A stretch of 64,000 nt of DNA from Lysobacterales bacterium. GTDB lineage: Bacteria; Pseudomonadota; Gammaproteobacteria; Xanthomonadales; BPKI01. The notes below the pieces were generated by a model that worked only from the letters and a program-made list of their open reading frames with translations, did no database searches and was not told where the DNA came from. Shown here piece by piece: positions 29,307 through 39,106 of this stretch (position 1 is the first letter of the stretch; every line of letters begins with the position of its first letter). A program made the translations under genes and the position numbers. The stretch covers positions 1,732,566 to 1,796,565 of the forward strand of contig BPKI01000001.1 in the NCBI GenBank assembly GCA_026005055.1, given 5' to 3'.

Positions 29307-29683
29307 CGGATCACCTCGAAGAGGTAAAAACTCGCTGCGACGGCGAAGAGCCCGGTCAGGGCGACGACCGTCCAGCCGCTGCGATAAGCCGCCGGGATGG
29401 AAAGACCTTTGCCGGCGTCCCAGAAGAGATGGCGGATGCCGTTCGCGAGGTGATAGAAGGCTCCGACCGAGAACAGCAGAAGGACGAGCCGGGAGAGCGT
29501 CGAGCCGGTGATCGCCGTCGGCGTGCCCCAGGCGAGCGCGTGCAGCCAGACGACCCACCCGATCAAGCCGATCGCCAGCAGGGCGCCGGTGATACGGTGC
29601 GCGATGGAGGTCATCGAGGTCAGTTGCGGCCGGTAATACGGTCCGATCATGAAGGGCGACAACGGTCGATCCGGTCGAGTCAT
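29303..29683 (-). CDS. sdhC: Succinate dehydrogenase cytochrome b556 subunit
   Basis: 126 aa containing [28 protein letters not shown], the SdhC signature that includes the heme-ligand His region. Confidence 0.9.
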   Translation of the reverse strand: MTRPDRPLSPFMIGPYYRPQLTSMTSIAHRITGALLAIGLIGWVVWLHALAWGTPTAITGSTLSRLVLLLFSVGAFYHLANGIRHLFWDAGKGLSIPAAYRSGWTVVALTGLFAVAASFYLFEVIR

Positions 29684-29728
29684 GAGGAGGTTCTCTCGAA
29701 ATGAAGCGGCGCTCGGCCGCTGCGAGGA

Positions 29729-29911
29729 TCAGAAATCGATGCAACGACCCTTCCGCTCCCAGTCCCCATAGCGCGTCGGCTCGGGGCCGGGCGGACCGCC
29801 GATCTCCCGCGTCGCTTCCGCCGCATCCGGGCGGGGCTTTCGCCGCGCATCGTTGCCGACGGGCGAGGCGGAGGGCTTTTCGGGACGGGATTCTGCGGAC
29901 ACAGCGGGCAT
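29729..29911 (-). CDS. DUF1674 protein (SDHAF4-like)
   Basis: The C-terminus is EIGGPPGPEPTRYGDWERKGRCIDF, the hallmark DUF1674 ending. The 60-aa form starts at the ATG at 29911, although the ORF is open to 29956. It lies directly upstream of sdhC on the same strand. Confidence 0.8.
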   Translation of the reverse strand: MPAVSAESRPEKPSASPVGNDARRKPRPDAAEATREIGGPPGPEPTRYGDWERKGRCIDF

Positions 29912-29970
29912 CTCGAACGAGCGACAAAGGGTATTATCCGCACCGTTCATCGGCAAGGCGTCAACGAGAC

Positions 29971-30822
29971 ATGAGCGAAGGCTCTTTCGTCCGCCTCGCG
30001 AGCGCCCAGATCGTCGCGGTGCAGGGACCCGAGGCGCGGTCCTTCCTCCAATCGCAGACCATGCACGACGTGGCCGCGCTCAAGCCCGGGGCGTGGCAGT
30101 GGAACGGATTGCTCAACACCAAGGGGCGAGTGTTGTTTCTGTTCCGCTTGGTCTGCCTCGCCGACGACGAGTTTCTTCTGATCCAGAGCGTTCCGCGGGC
30201 GGCTGCACTCGCCGCGCATCTCACGACCTACCGCTTTCGCGCGCGCGTGAGCATTAGTACCCGCCCCGAGCTCAGCGTCCACGGTGCGTTCGAGCCCTTG
30301 CCTCTGCTCGATGCCGCTTCGGTTCGCCGCGAGGAGGACGGCAGCCTGAGGATCTCCCTCGCACCCTGGCGGGCGGCCCATCTGCTCATCGGGGCGGAGC
30401 CGCCTTCGCGCGCGGAGGGCGAGGAGGGTTGGTGGCGCGAAGAAATCCTCTCGGGCGCGGTGCGCGTGCACGAGGCGCTCGCCGGGCAGTACCTGCCCCC
30501 GATGCTCGGCCTTCAGCGTATCGGCGCTTTCAGCCTGCGCAAAGGCTGTTACCCGGGCCAGGAAATACTGGCCCGTAGCCACTATCTCGGCGAGGTCAAA
30601 CGGCATCTCGCCATCCTGCGCGGCAGCACGCGCCTCGCGCCGGGGCAGCGTCTGCAGGATCGCGAGGGACGCACCATCGGCGACGTCGTGGACGCGGCAG
30701 GGCCCGCGCACGATCGCGTCATCGCCTGCGTCACCAGCCTCGAGCTCGCGATGCCGAGTGTGCCGACGGCCGAAGGCATCCTGCTCGTCCACGAACCCCG
30801 GGGAAGCGTGAGCGAGCACTAG
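29971..30822 (+). CDS. ygfZ: Folate-binding Fe-S cluster maintenance / tRNA-modification protein YgfZ (aminomethyltransferase fold)
   Basis: 283 aa from MSEGSFVRLASAQIVAVQGPEARSFLQSQ, with the signature KGCYPGQEILARSHYLGEVKR. The track ORF start at 29701 is over-extended. Confidence 0.85.
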   Translation: MSEGSFVRLASAQIVAVQGPEARSFLQSQTMHDVAALKPGAWQWNGLLNTKGRVLFLFRLVCLADDEFLLIQSVPRAAALAAHLTTYRFRARVSISTRPELSVHGAFEPLPLLDAASVRREEDGSLRISLAPWRAAHLLIGAEPPSRAEGEEGWWREEILSGAVRVHEALAGQYLPPMLGLQRIGAFSLRKGCYPGQEILARSHYLGEVKRHLAILRGSTRLAPGQRLQDREGRTIGDVVDAAGPAHDRVIACVTSLELAMPSVPTAEGILLVHEPRGSVSEH

Positions 30823-30904
30823 ATTTTTCGACGCCTAACAGACTCTTCTGGCGAAAATCGAAGATATCCGGTTCAATAGGGCGCAAAAGTCGGGAGGGCG
30901 TCTG

Positions 30905-31735
30905 ATGATGTCGGTGATCCGGAGACGCTGGATCCCCTTCTTTTGGGGGTGGCTGCTCGTCGCTCCGGGAGGGATCCACGGCCAGCCCTATACCCTGCTG
31001 GTCGAACCCTCTTATCCGCAGGACATGGCGGCGGAGGTCTACCGTCCTCTGCTCGATTACCTTCGGGCCGAGACCGGCGTCGAATTTCGCCTCAAGGCGC
31101 CGAGCGACCACTTGATCTATTGGCGGGATCTACGCAACAACGAGCCCGTCGATTTCGTCTTCGAGTACGCGCATTTCACCGACTACCGCAATCGCCGCTT
31201 TGGTTTCGTGCCGTTGGTCAAGACCGGCGAGCCGGTGCGCTTCGTCCTGCTCGTCCCGCGCGAAAACGAGGGGACCGGGCTCGATGATCTCGTCGGCCGC
31301 CCGATCGCGACGCTGCCCGCGCCGAGCCTCGGATTCCTGGTGCTGCGCGACATGTTTCCCGATCCGATCGCGCGTCCGCAGATCCTTGCCTCCCTGACCT
31401 CCTGGCAAGACGGTCCCTCGCTGATCTTCTCCGGTGAGGCGGCAGCGACCCTCGTTCCGGCCAATCTCGCCCAGGAACTCCAGAACTTGGTCGAGGTCGC
31501 GCACTCGCGCGATTTTCCTGGAACGGCCCTGTCGGCTTCCCCCACCGTGCCGGTCGAGCTTCGCGAGCGGATCATCGCCGCGATGCTCGCTCTGCATGAG
31601 AAGGCGGTCGAGGATCCTGCGGTTTATGCGGTGCTGCACGAGCTGCGAGTGACCCGCTTCGTGCCCGCCTCAGCATCCGAGTATCGCGGCTGGGAGCGGC
31701 TTCTCGCTCGCTTCCACGGCTATCAGCCGCCCTGA
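30905..31735 (+). CDS. Periplasmic substrate-binding protein, PhnD/phosphonate-binding-like fold
   Basis: Signal peptide, then YTLLVEPSYPQDMAAEVYRPLLDYLRAETGVEFRLK...VDFVF, which resembles the PhnD-type SBP layout. There are no adjacent permease or ATPase genes. Confidence 0.45.
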   Translation: MMSVIRRRWIPFFWGWLLVAPGGIHGQPYTLLVEPSYPQDMAAEVYRPLLDYLRAETGVEFRLKAPSDHLIYWRDLRNNEPVDFVFEYAHFTDYRNRRFGFVPLVKTGEPVRFVLLVPRENEGTGLDDLVGRPIATLPAPSLGFLVLRDMFPDPIARPQILASLTSWQDGPSLIFSGEAAATLVPANLAQELQNLVEVAHSRDFPGTALSASPTVPVELRERIIAAMLALHEKAVEDPAVYAVLHELRVTRFVPASASEYRGWERLLARFHGYQPP

Positions 31736-31775
31736 GGCGCGAAGACGCGGGCCACCGCGCCCTCGCCTTCTGCGC

Positions 31776-32705
31776 TCAACCGCGACCGCCGTAGTCGCAT
31801 TGGAAATAGACGGCATCCTCGGCGTTGAGCGCGAGCGGCTGCCCCATGCTGAGCGTCCCCGACTTTCGCAGGTGCATTTCGTCGCGGTGGAGGCGGAGTT
31901 CCTCATCGTCCCCCAGGCGAACGTAGGTGCCATTCGTGCTGCGATCCGTGAGCACGAAATGCCCCTTTTTGTACTCGATGAGGGCGTGATACCGACTGAC
32001 CCACTCGGCATCCACCACCAGTTCGTTTCCCGGATCGCGCCCCATCCGGAAGGGCGGTGAGTCCTCGTTGAGCTCGATCAGACGTCCGCGATGCCGAATG
32101 CTGAGCCTGGCGCCGATGCTTTCGCCGTCGTCCAGCCGCACGGCACGCTGCACCATGGTCACGCCGGCCAAGTCCTCCTGCCACAAGACGTCACAGATTT
32201 CGACCGGGAAGAGCTTGCCGGCCACTCTCGTGCGCCCGAGACTGCGCGTTCTCAGCTGGGTCGAGCCGGTGACGTCCCGGAGCGAGCCCGCGGTCGTGAC
32301 GATTTGTTCGCGTTTGGCAATCGCCGTCATCCGTGCCGCGGTGTTGACCGCGTCCCCGAACACGTCGTTGTCCTCGACCAAAGCCTCCCCGTAATGCATT
32401 CCAATGCGAAGCCCGAGATTCTCGCGGACGAAATCCGGCTCTCGCGTGGTCAGCCGCTGCATTTCCATCGCGGCATGGACGCCTTGGATCGCCGTCGGGA
32501 ACACGCTCATGATCTCATCGCCGATGGTTTTCACCACGCGTCCGCCGTGGCGACGCGTGACCTCGGCGAGTGCACCGAGCACTTTGGCCACCAGTTGCCG
32601 CGCCGCGACATCACCCTTTTGTTCGAACAATCGGGTGCTGCCGCTGATGTCGGCGAAGACGATGGCCAGAGGTTCAGAACGGCTCATCGGTTTGATGATA
32701 GGCAA
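31776..32705 (-). CDS. Class III adenylate/guanylate cyclase with C-terminal FHA domain
   Basis: The N-terminal CHD has IVFADISGSTRLFE ... VVKTIGDEIMSVF ... GDAVNTAARM. The C-terminal FHA has FRMGRDPGNELVVDAEWVSRYHALIEYKKGHFVLTDRSTNGTYV. Confidence 0.85.
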   Translation of the reverse strand: MPIIKPMSRSEPLAIVFADISGSTRLFEQKGDVAARQLVAKVLGALAEVTRRHGGRVVKTIGDEIMSVFPTAIQGVHAAMEMQRLTTREPDFVRENLGLRIGMHYGEALVEDNDVFGDAVNTAARMTAIAKREQIVTTAGSLRDVTGSTQLRTRSLGRTRVAGKLFPVEICDVLWQEDLAGVTMVQRAVRLDDGESIGARLSIRHRGRLIELNEDSPPFRMGRDPGNELVVDAEWVSRYHALIEYKKGHFVLTDRSTNGTYVRLGDDEELRLHRDEMHLRKSGTLSMGQPLALNAEDAVYFQCDYGGRG

Positions 32706-32725
32706 AAAGGAACGACAACGCAGTA

Positions 32726-35002
32726 TCAGCCACGAGGTCTCAACAAGTCCCGGGCCGAGGCCTCGACCGCGTTCTCATCCGGCAAGACCAGGAACGCAGC
32801 GCTGGCGAGCGGCGTGTAGGTGTCCGCGCCGCATACGCGGGCGATCGGCTTGCCGCCCTGCCCGCGCTCCACCAAGGCGGTGATGATCGCCTCGCCGAGG
32901 CCGCCGCTCCGACGACCCTCGTCGAGGACGAGGACGGCCCGGCAAGCGGCGGCCTGCTCGGCGATCAGCGCTTCATTGAGCGGAACCAGCCAGCGCAGAT
33001 CGAGGACGCGAACCGAAAATCCATCCTCGGCGAGCCGGCGCGCCACGCGAAGCGCCATCGGAACCCCGTTGCCGAAGGTGACGATCAGGAGGTCCTCGGC
33101 CTCTGGGTGATACACCCTGCCCTCGCCGGGCACCATCGCCTCCTCGGGAGGCGGATACCCGAACTGCCAGCCGCCGTCCTCGGGCGCGTGGAGGTCCTTG
33201 CACATGTAAAGCGCAATCGGTTCGAGGAAGGCGCACACCCGTCCGTCCACCTTGGCCATCGCCATCATCGTGCGCAGCATCGTGACCGCATCATCCCCGC
33301 GCGAGGGGCAGCCCACCACGAGCCCGGGAATGTCGCGCAGGGCGGTGATCGAGTTGTCGTTGTGGAAATGCCCCCCGAAGCCGCGCTGGTAGCCGAGGCT
33401 GGCGATGCGCATGACCAGCGGGTTGCGGAACTGGCCATTGGAGAAGAATTGCAAGGAACACGCCTCGCCGCGAATCTGATCGCAGGCGTTGTGGAAATAG
33501 GCGAGGTACTGGATCTCCGGAATCGGAAGGAAGCCGAAGGTGCCAAAGCCCTGGGCCAGACCAAGGATCGTCGTTTCGTCGAGCAGGGTGTTGAACACGC
33601 GGCTCGGACCGAAGCGCCGCCACAAGCCCTTGGTGATCGTATAGACCCCACCCTTCTGCGCCACGTCTTCGCCGAAGACCAGCGCTTCCGGATATTTGCA
33701 GAGCAGATCGTGCAGACCCTGGTTGATGAGGATCGCCATGTGGCGGGGCGGCTGGCGCTCGGGAAGCTTGTCCTCGCCGCCGAAGATTTCGATCCGCCGT
33801 GCCCGATCGGGGGCGCGGCGCGCTTCGGCGAGCACTGCTTCGGGATGTAGCGGCGCGAGCGGTGCGACGATCTCGGCGAGGGAAGATAGTTTGGGCCGTC
33901 GGCCGGCCTCCTCGGCGGCCGCGAAGCAGCGGCTGCGGATCGATTCATACCAGTCGAGCAGCTCTTGCTTGCTCATCAGCCCGCTTTCGAGCGCGATCCC
34001 CGCGGAGCGCAGAATCGGATCCTCCGCTTCGACCTTGAGGATTTCCTCGAGGCTGCGCCACTCGATCTCGAAATCCGTGCCGGCGTGACCCATCAGCCGC
34101 GCGACCTTGAGATGCAGGAAGGTCGGCCGGCGGCTGCGGCGACAGTGCTCGACGGCGGCCAGGACCGCGGAATAGCCTGCGATGAGGTCGAGACCATCGG
34201 CGAAGAAGTAATCGAGACCGGGCATCGTCCGAAACCGGGTCTCGATCCAGCCGGGTGGGGTCTTCACCGAGATGCCGATGCCGTTGTCCTCGCACACGAA
34301 GAGCACCGGCGCGGAAAGCCTCTGGAATGCGGTCCAGGCTGCTGCGTTGAAGGCGGTCTGAGCGGTGGCGTGATTGGCGCTCGCGTCCCCGAATGAGCAA
34401 ATCACGATGCTGTCCTCAGGGATCGGAAGCGGCCGCTTGAGCCGCTTGGCGAGCTCGATGGCCAGGGCCGCGCCGTATGCCTTCGGCAGATGGCTTGCGA
34501 TCGTGGAGGTCTGAGGCAGCACCCACAGAGGCTTAGACCCCCACACCTTGTGTCGCCCCCCGGAAGCGGGATCCTCCTTGCTCGCCGCGAAGCTGAGCGC
34601 GGTATCGAACACGAAGTCGATGCCGGGCAGCTTGCGGGAACGCTCCGCCATGAAGGCGCCCGAGCGGTAGTGCAGGAAAGCCGGATCGGTGTGGCGAGTG
34701 AGCCTGCCGAGCAGCGCGTTGCCCTCGTGACCGGCGCTGCCGATGGTGTAGAACACCGCATTACGCAGCCTAAGCACCCGCGCCATGAGGTCGAGGTGTC
34801 GGCTCAGAAGCTGGGATTCGAAGAGCTCGCGAAACTCATCGGCCGAGATGGGGGCGCCGGGCAAGATGGGATCGTGAGGCGCAGGCTTCGGATGACGAGC
34901 GCCGGGATGGGCCTCGACGAACTCGCGGAAGTTGCGGTCGACCACTTCCGCACGGTTGAAGCCGCGCTTGTGGGCAGGAATGACCGGTACCGGACTCGCC
35001 AT
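32726..35002 (-). CDS. Fused alpha/beta E1 component of a 2-oxoacid dehydrogenase (TPP-dependent)
   Basis: 758 aa. The N-terminal half resembles E1-alpha (TIGSAGHEGNALLG...; SFGDASANHATAQTAFNAA). The C-terminal half resembles E1-beta/transketolase pyrimidine-binding plus C-terminal domains (VFGEDVAQKGGVYTITKGL...FNTLLDE). Confidence 0.75.
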   Translation of the reverse strand: MASPVPVIPAHKRGFNRAEVVDRNFREFVEAHPGARHPKPAPHDPILPGAPISADEFRELFESQLLSRHLDLMARVLRLRNAVFYTIGSAGHEGNALLGRLTRHTDPAFLHYRSGAFMAERSRKLPGIDFVFDTALSFAASKEDPASGGRHKVWGSKPLWVLPQTSTIASHLPKAYGAALAIELAKRLKRPLPIPEDSIVICSFGDASANHATAQTAFNAAAWTAFQRLSAPVLFVCEDNGIGISVKTPPGWIETRFRTMPGLDYFFADGLDLIAGYSAVLAAVEHCRRSRRPTFLHLKVARLMGHAGTDFEIEWRSLEEILKVEAEDPILRSAGIALESGLMSKQELLDWYESIRSRCFAAAEEAGRRPKLSSLAEIVAPLAPLHPEAVLAEARRAPDRARRIEIFGGEDKLPERQPPRHMAILINQGLHDLLCKYPEALVFGEDVAQKGGVYTITKGLWRRFGPSRVFNTLLDETTILGLAQGFGTFGFLPIPEIQYLAYFHNACDQIRGEACSLQFFSNGQFRNPLVMRIASLGYQRGFGGHFHNDNSITALRDIPGLVVGCPSRGDDAVTMLRTMMAMAKVDGRVCAFLEPIALYMCKDLHAPEDGGWQFGYPPPEEAMVPGEGRVYHPEAEDLLIVTFGNGVPMALRVARRLAEDGFSVRVLDLRWLVPLNEALIAEQAAACRAVLVLDEGRRSGGLGEAIITALVERGQGGKPIARVCGADTYTPLASAAFLVLPDENAVEASARDLLRPRG

Positions 35003-35075
35003 GAGGGCTCGCGCTTCGGGGGGAAGCGAACATTCTAACCCCCGAGGAGCGGTCCTTCTCAGGGGGAGGAATCGC

Positions 35076-36248
35076 TCAAAAGGCGTTGAAACCGGTGATC
35101 TCGCGGCCGACCACGAGCTGATGGACGAGCTCGGTCCCCTCGTAGGTGATGACCGATTCGAGATTGAGCATGTGCCGGATGGGGCAGTGCTCGGTGGTGA
35201 TGCCGGCGCCGCCGAGGATGTCTCTCGCCTCTCGGGCGATGTCCAGCGCCATGCGCACGTTGTTCCACTTGGCGAGCGAAACCTGGGTCGGATGCATCCG
35301 CCCTTGGTCCTTGAGCCGGCCGAGCTGAAGGCTCAGGAGCTGCGCCTGCGTGATCCTTCGCGTCATGTCGGCGAGGCGGATCTGCATGCTTTGCGTCGCC
35401 GCCGTGGGACGTCCGAAGAGCACGCGTTCCTTCGCGTAGGCGAGGGCTTCTCGGTAGCAGGCGATGGCCGCGCCGATGGGTCCCCAGGTGATGCCGTAAC
35501 GGGCCTGTGTCAAGCAGGAGAGCGGCCCTTTCAGACCTCGCACGCCGGGTAGGCGGTTGGCCTCGGGTACGCGCACGTCGTCGAAGTAGAGCTCGGAGGT
35601 CACCGAGGCGCGAAGCGACATCTTGCGGTGGATGTCGCGCGTCTCGAAGCCTTTCATGCCGCGCTCGACGATGAAGCCCTGGATGCCCTCCTCGGTGTTC
35701 GCCCAGACGATGGCGATGTGGGCGATGCCGCCGTTGGTGATCCACATCTTGGCGCCGTTGAGCACCCAGTCGCCGCCATCGCGGCGGGCATGGGTCTTCA
35801 TGTTCGCCGGATCCGAGCCGCCATGCGGCTCGGTGAGCCCGAAGCATCCGATGATCTCGCCGCGCGCCATCGCCGGCAGGAAGCGACGGCGCTGCTCTTC
35901 GCTGCCGAAGGCATAGATCGGATACATGCAAAGCGAGCTTTGCACGGAGACGAAACTGCGGATCCCGGAGTCCCCGCGCTCGAGCTCCTGGCAGATCAGG
36001 CCATAGCAGACGGCATTGAGGCCGGCGCAGCCGTATTCCTCCGGCAGGGACGAACCGAGCAGCCCCATACTCGCGATCTCTGGGATCAGCTCGGCTGGGA
36101 AACGCCCCTCGGCGAAGCAATCGCCGATGATCGGAAGCACCTTTTCGTCGGTGAAGCGGGCCACCTGCTCTTGAACGGCACGCTCCTCCTCGCTCAAGAG
36201 CGAGCGGACATCGAAGAGGTCGCAGGGGTCGAGGCTGGGGCTGCTCAT
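35076..36248 (-). CDS. gcdH: Glutaryl-CoA dehydrogenase (acyl-CoA dehydrogenase family)
   Basis: 390 aa containing GCFGLTEPHGGSDPANMKTHARRDGGDWVLNGAKMWITNG and a C-terminal TYEGTELVHQLVVGREITG; the overall pattern is GCDH-like. Confidence 0.8.
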   Translation of the reverse strand: MSSPSLDPCDLFDVRSLLSEEERAVQEQVARFTDEKVLPIIGDCFAEGRFPAELIPEIASMGLLGSSLPEEYGCAGLNAVCYGLICQELERGDSGIRSFVSVQSSLCMYPIYAFGSEEQRRRFLPAMARGEIIGCFGLTEPHGGSDPANMKTHARRDGGDWVLNGAKMWITNGGIAHIAIVWANTEEGIQGFIVERGMKGFETRDIHRKMSLRASVTSELYFDDVRVPEANRLPGVRGLKGPLSCLTQARYGITWGPIGAAIACYREALAYAKERVLFGRPTAATQSMQIRLADMTRRITQAQLLSLQLGRLKDQGRMHPTQVSLAKWNNVRMALDIAREARDILGGAGITTEHCPIRHMLNLESVITYEGTELVHQLVVGREITGFNAF

Positions 36249-36306
36249 GTTCCGACCGGAGGGAAGATCGAAACGCGCAGTTTAGGCAAGGTCGGTCAAG
36301 CCGTCA

Positions 36307-37251
36307 TCAAGACGGATTGCGCACCCCATGCGGCACGTGCCCGGCCGGAACGTGTCGCGCCGCCCGCTCGACGTAACCCCGCTGATCGTCGAAGAAAATG
36401 TCGGCTCCGAAGGCGGCGAGGAAGGGCCCCTTGTCGAGGCCGCCCAAAAACAAAGCCTCGTCGATGCGCACGCCCCAATGGCGGAGCGTGAGGATCACGC
36501 GCTTGTGAGCGGGTGCCGAGCGCGCGGTGACCAGGGCCGTTCGAATCGGCGGGTGCTCGCTCGGCAGCGCTTGCTGCAGCAGGTGCAAGGCTTGGAGGAA
36601 CCCTTTGAACGGTCCGGCGGAAAGGGGTCGCTCGGCTTGTGCCTGCTCGCTGAGCCGGAAGGCATCGAATCCGGCTTCGGCCGTCACCCGCTCGGCTTCA
36701 TCGCCGAAGATCACCGCATCGCCATCGAAGGCGATGCGCAGTTCCTGCGTCTGGGTGTATTCGGCGGGGCTGCCGGGACCGCCGAGGATGGTGGCCGCCG
36801 CCACCCCTTCCTGAAGCGCGCGGCGCACGTCCTCGGGGTCGGCCGAGAGGAACAGGTCGGCGCCGAAGGGGCGGACGTAGCGGGACAGCGGCGCCCCACC
36901 CGTGAAGACTGCGCGGGAAATCTCCAAGCCGTAGTGTTCGATCGAATTGAAGACGCGCAGGCCGGTGTCGCTCGAGTTGCGGCTGAGGAGGATCACCTCG
37001 ACCTTGGGCCCCGCCGGCGGCAAGGCCTGATTGAGAGCGAGCAGCTTGCGTACCAACGGGAAGGCGATCCCCGGCCCGAGGATCTCGTTCTCCCGCTCGA
37101 TCTGGTATCGCGCGTAGGCCTCGAGGCCCTGCTGCTCGAAGATACGATGCGCCTCCTCCAGATCGAAGAGCGCACGAGAGGAGATGGCGACCACCAAACG
37201 GCCTTTCTCCCCATCGGATGCGAGGCCTTTCTGCTCCGGCGAATCGCTCAT
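36307..37251 (-). CDS. 5'-nucleotidase (PF06189-type)
   Basis: Contains RLVVAISSRALFDLEEAHRIFEQQGLEAYARYQIERENEIL ... IAFDGDAVIFGDEAE ... ALVTARSAPAHKRVILTLRHWG. Start trimmed to MSDSPEQ. Confidence 0.7.
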   Translation of the reverse strand: MSDSPEQKGLASDGEKGRLVVAISSRALFDLEEAHRIFEQQGLEAYARYQIERENEILGPGIAFPLVRKLLALNQALPPAGPKVEVILLSRNSSDTGLRVFNSIEHYGLEISRAVFTGGAPLSRYVRPFGADLFLSADPEDVRRALQEGVAAATILGGPGSPAEYTQTQELRIAFDGDAVIFGDEAERVTAEAGFDAFRLSEQAQAERPLSAGPFKGFLQALHLLQQALPSEHPPIRTALVTARSAPAHKRVILTLRHWGVRIDEALFLGGLDKGPFLAAFGADIFFDDQRGYVERAARHVPAGHVPHGVRNPS

Positions 37252-37262
37252 GCTCGTGCCGC

Positions 37263-38027
37263 TCAGAAGGCGAACTGTTCCTCCAGGATCCGCTCGTCGA
37301 GGTTGTGCTCGGGATCGAACCACAGCTCGATCATCCTCTCCGCCGACTCGCGGACCTCGACCTCGACCACGTCGCGGACTTCATGGGCGTCGGCGGTGGC
37401 GCTCACCGGCCGCTTGTAAGGCTCCAGAACCTCGATGCGGATACGGGTATCGGCGCGCAGGATGGCGCCGCGCCATCGCCGCGGCCGGAAAGCGGCCAGC
37501 GGCGTGAGCGCCAGAACCCGGCTGTCGAGCGGCAGGATCGGTCCGTGGGCGGAAAGGTTGTAGGCGGTACTGCCCGCGGGGGTGGCGACGAGGATGCCAT
37601 CGCAGATGAGTTCCTTCAGACGTTCCTGACCATTGAGCACGATCCTGAGCTTGGCCGCCTGCTTGGTCTCGCGCAAGAGCGAGACCTCGTTGAACGCGAG
37701 CGCCTCCGCCACCCCACCGGCTTCCGTCACCGCTCGCATCTCGAGCGGGCGCAGCTGATGGCGATGGGCGTGCTCGAGGCGCTCGAGCAAGCCTTCGGGG
37801 CGATATTCGTTCATCAGGAAACCCACCGTGCCCAGCTTCATGCCGAAGAAGGGCTTCGCGAGGTGAAGGAAGCGATGCAGGGTGCGGAGCATGAAGCCAT
37901 CCCCGCCGAGCACGACGATGACGTCGGCTCGTTCCGGCTCGACCACCGGGATCCGTTCGCTCAGCGCCTCACGCGCCTCCTGGGCAGCGGGGCTGCCGGC
38001 GGCCACCAGGGCGATACGCGGTTCCAT
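37263..38027 (-). CDS. nadK: NAD(+) kinase
   Basis: Contains [17 protein letters not shown] and [23 protein letters not shown]. The ATG at 38027 ([11 protein letters not shown]) is preferred over the TTG at 38102. Confidence 0.88.
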   Translation of the reverse strand: MEPRIALVAAGSPAAQEAREALSERIPVVEPERADVIVVLGGDGFMLRTLHRFLHLAKPFFGMKLGTVGFLMNEYRPEGLLERLEHAHRHQLRPLEMRAVTEAGGVAEALAFNEVSLLRETKQAAKLRIVLNGQERLKELICDGILVATPAGSTAYNLSAHGPILPLDSRVLALTPLAAFRPRRWRGAILRADTRIRIEVLEPYKRPVSATADAHEVRDVVEVEVRESAERMIELWFDPEHNLDERILEEQFAF

Positions 38028-38101
38028 GCCCTCATCATCGCCGCGAGCGAGGGCAAAGCAAAGATGGGGGCTTTGCAAGCCATCGACGTCCGTCGGTGAC
38101 A

Positions 38102-39106
38102 ATGAGGCTCATGGAGGAACCCCTCATTCGACGGGACGAGGCTGGCCTCTACTGCCCCCTCGGCGGATTCCACATCGACCCCTGGCGGCCCGTGCCGCTC
38201 GCCGTGATCACCCACGCCCATGCGGATCACGCTCGCCCCGGATGCGGAGAATACCTTGCGGCCCGCGAGGGAGAGGCGCTGCTTCGGCACCGGCTCGGGC
38301 GCGAAGCGCGGATCCGGAGCCTCGAATGGGGCGAAACGGTCCGCCTTCGGGGGGTGCGCCTGAGCCTGCACCCGGCAGGACATATCCGCGGATCGGCCCA
38401 GGTGCGGATCGAGGGCGCTCGCGAAGTCTGGGTGGTGACCGGCGATTTCAAGCGCGCGTCGGATCCGACCTGCGGCGCCTTCGAGCCTCTGCCTTGCGAC
38501 ACCCTCGTCTGTGAGGCCACCTTCGCCCTTCCCTTGTATCGCTGGCCGAGCGCGGAATCGGTCCTGGCGGCCATTCGCATCTGGGTGGAGGATTGCGCCC
38601 GGCGCGGGATGGCTGCGGTGCTCTATGCCTACAGCCTCGGCAAGGCGCAGCGCCTCCTCGCCGCCTTGGGCGGATCCCTCGACCAGCCGGTGCTGGTTCA
38701 CGGCGCCATCGCCGCGATCAATCGCCTCTACGAAGCCGAGGGGGTCGCGCTCGGGGACTGGGAGCCCCTGCCCGAGCGGCGACGTCGTGGCGCTCTCGCC
38801 GGCCGCCTGATCTTGGCTCCGCCCTCGGCCGCGGGTGCGTGGCTTCGCGCGCTCGGTCCTGCGGAGACCGCTTGCGCCTCCGGCTGGATGAGCATCCGCG
38901 GCCAGCGACGGCGCCGCGCTTACGATCGCGGCTTCATCCTCTCGGATCATGCCGACTGGCCCGCGCTGCTCGCGACGATCGCCGAAAGCGGGGCCCGACG
39001 GGTGCTGCTCACCCACGGCCAAGGCGAGGCCTTGGCGCGCTTCCTCTCCGAGCGGGGGCTGAGCGCCGAGACCTGGCTCACCACCTACGAGGGCGAGGGC
39101 GAATGA
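38102..39106 (+). CDS. Ligase-associated DNA damage response exonuclease (metallo-beta-lactamase/beta-CASP fold)
   Basis: Contains [33 protein letters not shown] and [14 protein letters not shown]. It is the first gene of an exonuclease-ligase-helicase-PdeM cluster. The start could also be the GTG at 38096. Confidence 0.8.
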   Translation: MRLMEEPLIRRDEAGLYCPLGGFHIDPWRPVPLAVITHAHADHARPGCGEYLAAREGEALLRHRLGREARIRSLEWGETVRLRGVRLSLHPAGHIRGSAQVRIEGAREVWVVTGDFKRASDPTCGAFEPLPCDTLVCEATFALPLYRWPSAESVLAAIRIWVEDCARRGMAAVLYAYSLGKAQRLLAALGGSLDQPVLVHGAIAAINRLYEAEGVALGDWEPLPERRRRGALAGRLILAPPSAAGAWLRALGPAETACASGWMSIRGQRRRRAYDRGFILSDHADWPALLATIAESGARRVLLTHGQGEALARFLSERGLSAETWLTTYEGEGE

